From Squatina squatina (lineage: Eukaryota): a DNA stretch of 34,330 nucleotides. Below, piece after piece: positions 1 to 10,639 of the stretch (positions are counted from its first letter, which is position 1; every line of letters starts with the position of its first letter). The notes beneath the pieces are model-generated. The model made no database searches and was not told the DNA's origin. It saw only the letters and a list, made by a program, of their open reading frames with translations. The translations under genes were made by a program, and so were the position numbers. The stretch is taken from positions 917,831 to 952,160 of the forward strand of contig JARFOE010000149.1 of NCBI GenBank assembly GCA_031763465.1, written 5' to 3'.

Positions 1-159
1 AAGGATTAACTTTGACTTTAGAAAGTAGTTCTGTTGTGGAGTAGCTTTTATTTGCATGTACTAATTCTCATACTGTATGCATTAAGCACCACTTACCTTA
101 CTTTACAACTGTGCAATAATAGATATAGAAACAGACATTGCTAGAAATGCACACAGAGC

Positions 160-452
160 ATAGAAACATAGAAAATAGGAGCAAGAGTGGGCCATTCAGG
201 CCTGCTCTGCCATTCAATACAATCATGCCTGATCGTCTAATTCAGCCCCCTGTCCCCGCTTTCTCCCCATATCCCTTGATCCCTTTAGCATTAAGAAATA
301 TATCCATCTCCTTCTTGAATATATTAAATGACTTGGCCTCCACGGCCTTCTGTGGTCAAGAGTTCCACAGGTTCACCAACCTCTGAGTGAAGAAATTTCT
401 CCTCATCTCAGTCCTAACTGGCTTACCCCGTATCCTGAGGCTGTGACCCCTG
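160..452 (-). mobile_element. CR1-type LINE 3' end (ORF2 C-terminus, 3' UTR, microsatellite tail)
   Basis: Reverse strand has the RLVNLWNS..Q.AVEA.SFNIFKKEMD motif, the gaatggcc.actc.tgctcctatt 3' UTR and a (tttctatg)n tail. Confidence 0.85.
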
Positions 453-459
453 GGTCTCT

Positions 460-513
460 GGCAATCGGCATCTGAAAAGGAAAGGTTAACATTTTGAGTA
501 TGACCCTTCCTCA
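460..513 (-). mobile_element. Penelope-like terminal-repeat fragment, degenerate and cut by a gap
   Basis: Reverse strand tgaggaagggtcatactcaaaatgttaac...cagatgc resembles the copies at 20008 and 28745. Confidence 0.45.
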
Positions 514-616
514 NNNNNNNNNNNNNNNNNNNNNNNNNNNNNNNNNNNNNNNNNNNNNNNNNNNNNNNNNNNNNNNNNNNNNNNNNNNNNNNNNNNNNNN
601 NNNNNNNNNNNNNTAT

Positions 617-976
617 GGAGTGAACTTTTCAGAAATCCTCTCTTTGAAAGTCGAAGGTTGTGGGGGTTCGATCATGGGAAGGGAAGCAGGTTAGCTCGGG
701 GGGGGCGACGCAGACGCACTAATGCTTCTGGCCTGCAAGCAGTGCTGGAAAAGCATTTGCCTCTTCCATCCAGCAGTTCTCGTCTCTCTTCCCGCCTCAT
801 TGAAATATTTAAATGAGAGACCCGTGTCCTGGGAGCAGGTTGGTCACCCGCCCATTGTCACACCTGCATTAAAACTGGAAGCGAGCGGGTTTGAGGTGGA
901 TTGAGTTCGGGTTTGAGATGTAAACATTTTTAACATCCCACCCGACCCAAACCCACCCATTTTTGGGGGTTAAAAT
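617..976. mobile_element. Putative non-autonomous DNA transposon (MITE-like)
   Basis: GC-rich non-coding island with loosely inverted ends (ggagtgaactttt / gggttaaaatgatc) and internal inverted motifs gggtttgag / caaaccc. Confidence 0.4.
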
Positions 977-984
977 GATCACAA

Positions 985-1207
985 GAGAATCTAAACGGGA
1001 TAGAGGAGCAAAGAGATCTAGGGGCACAGATTCAAAATTCATTAAAAATAGCAACACAGGTTAGCAAGGCCATTAAAAAATGCAAACCCAAGCACTGGCG
1101 TTCATTTCTAGAGGAATAGCATTGAAAAGAAGAGAAATTATCGCAAACTTATACAGAACCTTGATTAAACCACACTTAGAATATTGTGCACAGTTTTGGG
1201 CTCCATA
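985..1207 (+). mobile_element. CR1-type LINE ORF2 fragment
   Basis: Degenerate EEQRDLG...ALAFISRGI...LYRTLIKPHLEYCAQFWAP. Confidence 0.85.
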
Positions 1208-1405
1208 AAACTTCAAAATAAAAAGTTAAAAGAAATAAAATGAATGCAAATGGGTAGTGACCGTGCCAGTACACCATTATGTGATTTACACAATTCACGT
1301 AACAAGTTGACTGCAGTAGGATTATTTTTAAATGTGCAGATTAAATTTCCATAGTGCAACAGTAGTTTGTCCAAAAGCACTCTTGAAGCTAGTGGTCAAA
1401 ACTTT

Positions 1406-1483
1406 TATAGACCATAAGACCATAAGAAATAGGAACAGGAGTAGGCCATTCGGCCCCTCAAGCCTGCTCTGCCATTCAGTAAG
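1406..1483 (-). mobile_element. CR1-type LINE 3' tail
   Basis: Repeated (taagacca) tail followed by gaaataggaacaggagtaggccattcggcccc. Confidence 0.8.
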
Positions 1484-1583
1484 NNNNNNNNNNNNNNNNN
1501 NNNNNNNNNNNNNNNNNNNNNNNNNNNNNNNNNNNNNNNNNNNNNNNNNNNNNNNNNNNNNNNNNNNNNNNNNNNNNNNNNNN

Positions 1584-2107
1584 CTACAGAGCCGCAACCC
1601 TTTTTGCGGCTCGTTTGCGTCCCACGGGCGGAATTCACCCGCGAGACATGGCCGGTTGCAGCGACAGGGAAATCTGTCTTAAAGAGGAGGGCTTGTGTGC
1701 CTGTGGCCGCCATCTTTATTTATCGGCCGACTTTGTTGACTGAATGATGGCAGCCCTTGGCCGGATCGGGCCACCATCCCCTTGCCTGGCACGCCGATTG
1801 TCCTTCCAGGCTGGTGGCCTGGTCGCTGGTGGCCCAGTGGCGGGCCGCAGAGCAATATCAGGATGGCCAGCGGCCCTCCCCTTTAAGGGAAGCCTGGCAG
1901 TCCTACTGACATCAGCATGCTGACGCGACAAAAATGACGTCGCTGGCGTGGCACTGAGGCCACACCAGCGATGTCCCAGGCCAGCTGCCCCAGTCCTGGC
2001 CGGGAGCTCACTGCAGCCCGCTCCCCGCCCCGGAGTGACTAATTCTGTGGCGGGCGGGCGGGGCAGGAGCCAGTGCGAGAAATGCCGACAAGAGCCCTAA
2101 CGGGGCG
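1584..2107. mobile_element. CpG-rich putative MITE / PIF-Harbinger-derived fragment
   Basis: Very GC/CpG-rich, no credible ORF, contains the ccctttaaggg palindrome and a tgacgtc motif shared with other GC-rich islands in the window. Confidence 0.4.
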
Positions 2108-2119
2108 TTTATGAATTTA

Positions 2120-2992
2120 TGAAAAACTGTACACAGTACTTCAGGTGCGGTCTCACCAAGGCTCTATATAATTGCAGCAATACTTTCTTACTCTTACGCT
2201 GCAACCCCCTTGCAATAAAGGCCAACATACCATTTGCTTTCCTCATTGTTNNNNNNNNNNNNNNNNNNNNNNNNNNNNNNNNNNNNNNNNNNNNNNNNNN
2301 NNNNNNNNNNNNNNNNNNNNNNNNNNNNNNNNNNNNNNNNNNNNNNNNNNTGCCATCCCAGTAATCAGTCGTGTGAGCATTCGCTGCACTCATTGCAAAG
2401 CAAGAACATTCATCATCAGATAAGGAGCCCAAAACTGCACACAATCCTCAAGGTGCGGTCTCACCAATGCCTTATGTATTTGCAGCAAGACATCCCTGAT
2501 CCTGTACTCGAATCCTCTCACTACAAACCCAACATATCATTTGGCTTCTTAACTGCCTGCTGCACCTGCATGCTCACGTTCACTGACTGATGCACAAGGA
2601 AACCCAGGCCACATAGGACCTCCCCTTTTACAAATCTATTGCCATTCAGATAATAACGTGATTTCCTGTTTTTGCTGCAAAATTGGATCACCTCACAATT
2701 ATACTGCACATGCCTTGCATTTGCCCACTCCCTCAACCTGCTCAAATCACACTGGAGCTTCTCTGCATCCTCCTCACAGCTTAGACTCTCACCCTGCTTT
2801 GTGTCTCCTCCAAACTTGGAGAAATTACATTCAGTTCCCTCATCTCAATCATTAATATGTATTGTGAATACCTGGGGTCCTAGCACTGATCCCTGCGTTA
2901 CTCCACTCGTCACTGCCTGCCAGTCGGAAAAAGGCCCCTTTATTCCTACTCTGTGTTTCCTTTCTGCCAACCAGTTCTCTATCCATATTACT
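2120..2992 (-). mobile_element. CR1-type LINE RT fragments (two pieces across a gap)
   Basis: KANGMLAFIARG...LYRALVRPHLKYCVQF; W.AVTSGV.QGSVLGPQ.FTIHIND; frameshifts and stops. Confidence 0.9.
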
Positions 2993-3091
2993 NNNNNNNN
3001 NNNNNNNNNNNNNNNNNNNNNNNNNNNNNNNNNNNNNNNNNNNNNNNNNNNNNNNNNNNNNNNNNNNNNNNNNNNNNNNNNNNNNNNNNNN

Positions 3092-3165
3092 NGAAGATGG
3101 TTGCAAATGCTTCAGCCTTGTCTTTTGCACTCACATGCTGGGCTCCGCCATCATTGAGGGTGTGG
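3092..3165 (-). mobile_element. Fragment of a third CR1-group LINE (EN-RT linker region)
   Basis: TLNDGGAQHVSAKDKAEAFATIF. Confidence 0.6.
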
Positions 3166-3641
3166 GAAAATGTGAAGTTATCCACTTTGGAAGGATGAGT
3201 GGAAAAGCAGGATATTATTTAAATGCAGAAAGACTGCAGAAAGCTGCGGCACAGAGGGATTTAGGGATCCTCGTACATGAAACACAAAAGTTAGCATGCA
3301 GGTGCAGCAGGTAACTGGGAAGGCAAATGGAATGTTGGCCTTTATTTCAAGGGGGGGCGGAATATAAACTTAGGGAAGTCTTGCTACAACTGTACAGGGC
3401 ACCAGTGAGACCACACTGAGAGTACTGTGTACAGTTTTGGTCCCCTTATCGAAGGAAATATACACTTGATTTGGAGGCAGTTCAGAGACAGTTCACTATG
3501 TTGAACCCGGGTATGGAAGGATTGTCTTATGAAGAAAGGTTGAGCAGTTTGGGCCTGTACTCATTGGGAGTTTAGAAGAATGAGAGGTGATCTTATTGAA
3601 ACATATAAGATTCTGAGGGGGCTTTACAGGGTAAACACTGA
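3166..3641 (+). mobile_element. CR1-type LINE ORF2 C-terminal fragment
   Basis: KCEVIHFG...QRDLGILVH...KANGMLAFISRG...YEERLSSLGLYSL..RRMRGDLIETYKIL. Confidence 0.9.
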
Positions 3642-3741
3642 NNNNNNNNNNNNNNNNNNNNNNNNNNNNNNNNNNNNNNNNNNNNNNNNNNNNNNNNNNN
3701 NNNNNNNNNNNNNNNNNNNNNNNNNNNNNNNNNNNNNNNNN

Positions 3742-4345
3742 CTTATCTGCTTGGTTTAATTCACCATTAATAGATCCAGTAGCAAATCCTCCCTTGTTGG
3801 GCTTTTTATATATTGGGTTAGAAAGGAGTCTTGTATACTTTGTAGGAACTCCATTCCCCTATCCCCTTTAACTACCTCTTCTGGCCAATTAATTTTGGGG
3901 TAGTTGAAATCCTCCATGATTATTACGCTGTTTTTTTTTTTTACTCAATTTGTTTGCATATTTCTTCCCCCACCTCCCTTCCCCATTAGGTGGTCTGTAG
4001 ACTATTAGCGTGACAGATACTTTATTATCTATCATCTTTTACCTCTATTTAAATGGATTCTATTTCTGTCTTACTAGTGGCTGCATCACTTTTTTTCTAT
4101 TATCATTGTTAACTTTGATAAGTACAGCTATGAAACCTCCCCTTTTTCACTCGCTATCTTTTCTAAATATGTTACACCCTGCAATGCTTAATTTCCAGTT
4201 CTGATTTATCTGTAGCCATGTCTCAGTAATCCCTACTGTATCTGATTCCTCGCAATGTATTATTGCCTCCATTTCACCCTTATTATGGACACTCTGAATT
4301 GCTATATAGTGTAACTCATTTATAATAGCAATTCCTCTCACTTTA
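3742..4345 (-). mobile_element. CR1-type LINE AP-endonuclease domain, decayed
   Basis: VGITETWLQ..WKLSIAGCNIFRKD..GGGFI, VYRPPN and IIMEDFNYPKINW motifs on the reverse strand. Confidence 0.8.
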
Positions 4346-4469
4346 TTTTTATGCATCCTTTTATACACTTGTTCTATAACTATTTATTCCCTGGCCATTT
4401 ATGCCCTCCCTTAGTTTAGTCTGTCCTATGCTCTCCTTTTCTGTTTCAATTATATTTCGGTTTGTTTCA

Positions 4470-4970
4470 CAACTGTATTAGGCAAAATACTAGAATCTAT
4501 TGTTAGGGACGTGGAAACAGGGCTATTAGAAAATCGTGAAATGATTAGGCAGAGAGAACATGGTTTTATAAAAGGGAAATCATGTTCGTCCAATCCGTTA
4601 AGAGTTTTTTGAAGATGTAAGTAGTCGGATGGATAAGGGAATACCAGTTGATGTACTGTATTTGGATTTTCAAAAAGCATTCAAATTTAACTTGTGATGT
4701 CAAGAGGTAATTACACAAAATTAGGACTCACGGGCTTGGGGGTAATGTATTAGCATGGATTGAGGATTGGTTACTGGACAGAAAACAGTCGTAATAAATG
4801 GGACTTTTCTGGATTGGTAGGATGTAACTAGCGGAGTAACACAAGTATCAGTGCTTGGGCCTCAGCTATTTACAATCTATATTAATGACTTAGATGAAGG
4901 GACTGAGTGTAACGTATCCAATCCAAGTTTGCTGATTATACAAAGTTATGTGGGAAAGTAAGCTGTGAGA
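4470..4970 (+). mobile_element. CR1-type LINE RT core fragment
   Basis: GKILESIVRD...HGFIKGKSC...VDVLYLDFQKAF...[25 protein letters not shown]...SKFADYTK. Confidence 0.9.
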
Positions 4971-4984
4971 TCAAGAAAAAAATG

Positions 4985-5260
4985 TGAGACTCACCAACCT
5001 GCTGTCCTGTGATGTCACAGGGTTGTTTACCCCAGGATGCTACTAGAAAATCTCATGCTTTTTGAAACCCAGTTTAGGTATCTTCGTTACCTTACCTTTG
5101 GTCCTTATCTTAGTCTACATTTATTTATAGGCTACTTTTTAGTCTGTTTTAAGGTTCCTTCCACTCTGCACCCAATTCCTACTCTCACCAAATTCTCAAC
5201 TTCCCACTCTTGACGATCCACTCAGTTAACGTTGCATTCCATGGTTACGCTCTGTGCCAT
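4985..5260 (-). repeat. Possible CR1 5' UTR-like repeat remnant
   Basis: Reverse strand shows agagtggga, ggtaagg, gtgacatcacagg and ggtgagt, resembling shark CR1 5' ends as I recall them. Confidence 0.3.
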
Positions 5261-5596
5261 AGGTGTAGAAAATAATTTGTTGCTTTAACAGCTGTAAATT
5301 GTCTAAATTTAACTTGTGATGTCAAGATGTACAATCTCAACAATCCAATTTTTAAAAATTACAGTTGAGCACAAATATATTATTGCAATCTAACTCAACA
5401 ATTCACTTAAACCAGGGTGCTGTACTCTGGAAGAAAATGAATGCGCAAGTAATTTTCTGATGCACGGAATCAGTCCTAGCTTCTGCAATCTATTGTAGTA
5501 CATGACCTCATACCTTAGTGTTCTACTGAGCTAGACAAATTTATCCTGTTGACGCACACAGAAATTATGCAGTTTGAGATATGTTTGGTATGGGAT

Positions 5597-5677
5597 TCAA
5601 AAGTTGCCCTCGAGGGAAAATGGCCAGAGTCTGGAAGCAGGATCCTCCCTGGGTCGCCACTTTAAGTCAAAAGTATA
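5597..5677 (-). CDS. Candidate terminal coding exon of an unidentified gene (YTFDLKWRPREDPASRLWPFSLEGNF*)
   Basis: Pyrimidine-rich acceptor (ttctgttttcgattacag) followed by 26 protein-like codons and TGA, in unique sequence. Confidence 0.55.
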   Translation of the reverse strand, partial: YTFDLKWRPREDPASRLWPFSLEGNF

Positions 5678-6177
5678 CTGTAATCGAAAACAGAAGCAAT
5701 AATGCTTTTCTGACACCTAGCTTTAGTACAAACTACTCAAGTCAAAAACAAACTTGCTGTTCAGGTTCTTCTTAAAAACTTATTTGCAGCTAGNNNNNNN
5801 NNNNNNNNNNNNNNNNNNNNNNNNNNNNNNNNNNNNNNNNNNNNNNNNNNNNNNNNNNNNNNNNNNNNNNNNNNNNNNNNNNNNNNNNNNNNNNNNNNNN
5901 NNNNNNNNNNNNNNNNNNNNNNNNNNNNNNNNNNNNNNNNNNNNNNNNNNNNNNNNNNNNNNNNNNNNNNNNNNNNNNNNNNNNNNNNNNNNNNNNNNNN
6001 NNNNNNNNNNNNNNNNNNNNNNNNNNNNNNNNNNNNNNNNNNNNNNNNNNNNNNNNNNNNNNNNNNNNNNNNNNNNNNNNNNNNNNNNNNNNNNNNNNNN
6101 NNNNNNNNNNNNNNNNNNNNNNNNNNNNNNNNNNNNNNNNNNNNNNNNNNNNNNNNNNNNNNNNNNNNNNNNNNNNN

Positions 6178-6227
6178 GAGGGGCCGAATGGCCTACTCCT
6201 GCTCCTATTTCTTATGTCCTTATGTTT
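6178..6227 (+). mobile_element. CR1-type LINE 3' tail
   Basis: gaggggccgaatggcctactcctgctcctatttcttatg. Confidence 0.8.
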
Positions 6228-6249
6228 TTATGTTGGATCGTGTTTAGAA

Positions 6250-6335
6250 TTTTTATTTTTGTTTGGGACGTGGGTGTCACTGGCAAGGCAGGCATTTATT
6301 GCCCATCCTTACATGCCCTCGAGGAGGAGGTGATG
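6250..6335 (-). mobile_element. 3' end of the third CR1-group LINE
   Basis: Matches 8705-8809 and the reverse complement of 27740-27820 (ggatgggcaataaatgc.ggccttgccag.gac.ccca). Confidence 0.7.
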
Positions 6336-6477
6336 GGGGGGCAGTGTTCCCTTTCAAACATCGACCTCGGTATGTGTGATTTCATTTTACCATTTGTCTA
6401 AAGAAAAACCTATGCATGGACAGTTCCAGTGGTTTGTATAGTGGCTACATTCACCGTCTTGTGTGTTGCTGGGTCTT

Positions 6478-6637
6478 GCAGATGGGACTACGGTTTAACA
6501 CCTAGCGATGGCACCTCCGACAGTGCAGCACTCCCTCAGCAGTGTCGGCCTAGATTTATGTGTTCAAGTCTCTGGAGTGGGACTTGAACCCAGAACCTTC
6601 TGACTCCGAGGCGAGGGTGCTACTAACTGGGCCACTG
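6478..6637 (-). mobile_element. SacSINE1/DeuSINE-like SINE, 5' part (tRNA-derived head and start of the Deu domain)
   Basis: Reverse strand: tggcccagttagtagc (A box), ggttcaagtcc (B box), then gagggagtgctgcactgtcggaggtgcc. Confidence 0.8.
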
Positions 6638-7360
6638 TTGGGAGGGAGAGAGAAGGAAAAAAAATCAAAACGTGACGGTGAGGTTCAGGCACTCACTGGT
6701 TCAGTATCACAATTATTAGCTTGACACCAAAATGATAAAGAATCCGATTGACCTCGCTATGTGCCATGCGACCTGAAGGGTCAGGATACTTTAGACAGCC
6801 CTTCGCAGCAGAATAATGCGTTACACGGTATAACACTGAATTTGAAGGTGCTGTGAATCATTTGTGCATGTTAGTCACTCCCTTGCTGCCATCTGCTGTT
6901 ATGCCACCCATCGCCCTATGGCTCATCACACTTCTTACAGCACCTTGCTCTTGAGAGAGATGTGAAAACCTTTGCCTGTCTTGCCATTTAATACAAAACG
7001 TAGAAGCAAGCAGGGTCTCCTTGTATAAAATTAGAGGCCATCTATAAGCAATGGGCAATTCAGAATGACTTGACTTCAGTTCACCCAAATACCCAGCTAA
7101 AGTGGCAAGAATCCTGTTTTGTAGATGCGATGTATTTTTTTAAGAAAAAATAGTTTTCTTCAAGAAAATTTGGGAAACTTGCACTCTTGAATGAATCTAA
7201 TTGAGGTTGTTGAAATATTAAATGTCAAATTTGATGTACATTTCTTCCCAGATTTAGTCCNNNNNNNNNNNNNNNNNNNNNNNNNNNNNNNNNNNNNNNN
7301 NNNNNNNNNNNNNNNNNNNNNNNNNNNNNNNNNNNNNNNNNNNNNNNNNNNNNNNNNNNN

Positions 7361-7571
7361 GCAGTTGAGGCCAAATCATTAAATATATTCAAGAAGGAGT
7401 TAGATATAGCTCTTAAGGCTAAAGGGAGCAAGGGATACGGGGAGAAAGCAGGGGCAGGGTACTGAATTGGGAAGATCAGCTATGATCTCATTAAATGGCG
7501 GAGCAGGCTCGAGGGGCCGAATGGCCTACTCCTGCTCCTGCTCATATCTTCTATGTTTCTATGTCTATGTT
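7361..7571 (+). mobile_element. CR1-type LINE 3' end
   Basis: AVEAKSLNIFKKELD followed by the 3' UTR and a (tctatg) tail. Confidence 0.85.
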
Positions 7572-7586
7572 ACAGAGTAAAACAAG

Positions 7587-7603
7587 CCTAACCCTAACCC
7601 TAA
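7587..7603 (-). repeat. Short interstitial telomeric-type repeat, about 3 x TTAGGG
   Basis: cctaaccctaaccctaa on the + strand. Confidence 0.5.
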
Positions 7604-7608
7604 TAAAA

Positions 7609-8024
7609 GAACAACTTGTACTTATATAGCGCCTTTAATGTAGTGAAACATCCCAAAGCACTTCACAAGACTATTATAAGACAATAAAATTGACATGGAG
7701 GGCACAAGGAGAAATTAGGGCCAAAAGGTGACCAAAAGCTTGGTCGAAGAGGTAGGTTTTAAGGAACGTCTTAAAGGAGGAAAGAGTTAGAGAGGCAAGA
7801 GGCTTAGGCAGGGAATTCCAGAGCTTAGGGCCTCGGCAACAGAAGGCACAGGCGATTATAATCAGGGATGCTCAAGAGGGCAGAATTAGAGGAGCGCAGG
7901 TATGTCTGAGGGTTGTAGGGCTGGAAGAGATTACAGAGATAGGGAGGGGCGAGACCATGGAGGGATTTGAAAACAAGGATGAAAATTTTGAAATCGAGGC
8001 ATTGCTTAACTGGGAGCCGATGTA
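7609..8024 (-). mobile_element. L2-type LINE 3' end
   Basis: DFKIFILVFKSLHGLAPPYL...LGPKLWNSLP; tail aaaggcgctatataagtacaagttgtt. Confidence 0.85.
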
Positions 8025-8329
8025 ACTCAATGTAGGAGAATTGTTCACTCTCCCTCTTTCATATATAAATATTATTCCAGATACACATGTACACAAAGCA
8101 TTATCAAATCAGTCATTCAGCATGTGGGGTGCTGAGCTTCTCTAAAGATAGATAGTGTGAAACAAAAGCGGGCTTGCAGAAAATGAATGTTAAAACCAAG
8201 GTGCTGCATTGATTGAGCAGTTTTTTGAACGTTATTTTAAGCAGGTTAACACTCGCATTGAATATTGTGCAGAGGGTGTGTTAAGAGTTTGTACAGAACG
8301 GCATTGTTTGGAAAATATATCCTACAGTA

Positions 8330-8517
8330 AAAATCAATAAGATTATCTGGTCATTATGTCATCGCTGTCTGTGGGAGCTTGCTGCATGCAAATTGGATGC
8401 CGTGTTTCCTACATTACAGCAGTGACTACACTCCGAAACAAAAAGTACTTTTTGTTTTAAAGCACTTTGGTGCATCCGGTGGTCGTGAAAGGCGCTAGAT
8501 AAATGCAAGTTTTCTTT
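8330..8517 (+). mobile_element. SacSINE1/DeuSINE-like SINE, 3' part
   Basis: gattatctggtcattat...gtgggagcttgctg...gtttcctacattaca.cagtgactacact...gtgaaaggcgcta.ataaatgcaag (L2-like tail). Confidence 0.8.
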
Positions 8518-8704
8518 ATAGTGGATCTATCCCTCCCACCAGGGAACAAGATTACACTGCATGAATTGATCACCTGCCTTTTCCTCCCTCATTCTGACCA
8601 AATGGCGCATATTTAAGATATGCACTTGAAGCATAAAGGAGAAGGGCTTTCTTATTGTTAAAAGGATGATTCGAATATAAGAAGAAAGAAAGACTTACAT
8701 TTAT

Positions 8705-8809
8705 ATATTTTTATTTGTTCCTGGGATATGGGCGTCGCTGGCGAGGCCAGCATTTATTGCCCATCCCTCGTTGCCCTTGAGAAGGTGATAATGAGCAGCC
8801 TTCTTGAAC
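8705..8809 (-). mobile_element. 3' end of the third CR1-group LINE
   Basis: FKKAAHYHLLKGN followed by the 3' UTR and an A-rich tail. Confidence 0.75.
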
Positions 8810-8909
8810 NNNNNNNNNNNNNNNNNNNNNNNNNNNNNNNNNNNNNNNNNNNNNNNNNNNNNNNNNNNNNNNNNNNNNNNNNNNNNNNNNNNNNNNNNNN
8901 NNNNNNNNN

Positions 8910-9695
8910 GTTGCTCAAAAAATTTATCCATCTCAGCCTTAAATATATTCAATTACTCAGCCTTCACAGCTCTCTGAGAGAAGAGATTCCTCCCCATCTC
9001 CATCTTAAATGGGCGAAACCTTATTCTGAGTCTATGCCCCCTAGTTCTCGATTCCCCTCGGCATCTACCCTGTCCAACCTCCTCAGGATCTTCTATGTTT
9101 CAATAAGATCACCTCTCATTCTTCTAAACTCCAATGAGTATCGACCCAACCTGCTCAACCTTTCCTTATAAGAAAAACCTTCCATCCCAGGAATCAACCT
9201 AGTGAACCTTCTCTGAAATGCCTCCAATGTAAGTATATCCTTCCTTAAATAAGGGGACCAAAACTGTACACAGTAATCCGGGTGTCATCTCACCAACGCA
9301 CTGACATCTGTAGCAAGACTTCCCTACTTTTATACTCATCCCCCTTGAAATAAAGGCCAACATTCCATCTGCCTTCCCAATTACCTGCTGCACCTGCAGG
9401 CGAACTTTATTGTTTCATGTACGAGGACCCCCTCTCTACCGCAGCATTTTGTTGTCTTTGTCCCACTCTCCTGTCCTTGCTCTAAATCTCTGCATTTTTT
9501 CCACCTCGGGTATATATCCTCTTCCCATTTTGAAAGTTACTATTGAATCTGCTTCCACGGCCCTTTAGGCAGTGCGTTCCAGGTCACAATGACTCGCTGA
9601 ATAATCAAAGTCCTGCTCATCTCGCCTCTGGTTCTTTGGTGGACTACTTTGTCTCTCTGTCCACTGTGGCACCGATACTTCTGCCATGGGAAACA
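8910..9695 (-). mobile_element. CR1-type LINE ORF2 C-terminal fragments (at least two copies)
   Basis: QQVIGKADGMLAFISRG...RLSRLGRYSLEFRRMRGDLIET.KIL; an older second copy at about 9480-9695. Confidence 0.8.
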
Positions 9696-10639
9696 TGTTT
9701 ATTCCGAGCTCGGGGCTCAGATTTGTGAGGAGGTGCTAAACGGTGTGGAGACGGGAATTTGTTGAGAGGGGGAATTCATCGCAGAGGAAGAAGCTCTTGC
9801 TCATTAGTTTAACCATAAAGGTAAATATGGAAATAACCACGGCAATTTATTAGATCTACGGGGATTAAATTAAAATTAATTAAGTGGATGACATCAACAG
9901 AAAACTAATACGGATTGCATTAAATAAGAATCATTGATGCATAAGTATTTACATAATAAATAGCAGTAAGGGGATGCTAAACAAGAAACATATACATAAC
10001 ATTAGTAGATTTTTAAGCAAAATACTGTGATAGCTGAGACGTGTTGCCTGAAATTCCGATGCCATTTAGGATCTCCAGGACACTGTCGGGTTTGATAAAA
10101 TTATTGACTTTAAGTTATTACTTGAAGGGTTGATAATGTTCCATTTGTTCTTATTTGATGTATTTTTGTTGTTGCTGACTGGATGAAACAGTGTATAAAT
10201 ATATGGGTGTGGTTTAGAGTTGATTCTGGAGTCTAAATTTCAACCTCTTGTAAAAGTGAAATAGTGGGAAACCACTTGTCAGGATACAAGTGTTGAGCTG
10301 TCAGGATAGGCTAGTGATAGATGGGGCGAGGACCGTTATCCAATTGAAATAGCTCATACCTAATATGGAAAAGCGTGGGCGGGCAGACCGAGAAGAGAAA
10401 GCAACAGAACCCAGCAAGAGAAGGACAGAAGACCGTGCCCCAGAGAGGCTTGGAAGCAGAAAACCGGAGCCCAGCATCGCTGTATACCTATTGCCTTTGA
10501 TAAGTATTGCTTTGTGTACCTTAAGGGTACTTAATAAATACTTTGACTTAATCTGAAGTGTGTGAGTCCGTACCTTGCAGGTCTGCATTGGTCAAGAACA
10601 CTTGGTGAGACGGGTTGTGAGTCCTTTGTCTCACATAAG

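Noticed and set aside
1584-2107. CpG-island promoter
   Set aside because: It shares motifs with other dispersed GC-rich islands and has no linked first exon. A repeat origin is more likely, though a promoter is not excluded.
6560-6637. tRNA gene on the minus strand
   Set aside because: The A and B boxes continue into a SINE body, so this is the tRNA-derived head of a DeuSINE.
9696-9826. Exon ending in AAG|gtaaat
   Set aside because: A donor-like site only, with no convincing acceptor or recognisable peptide.
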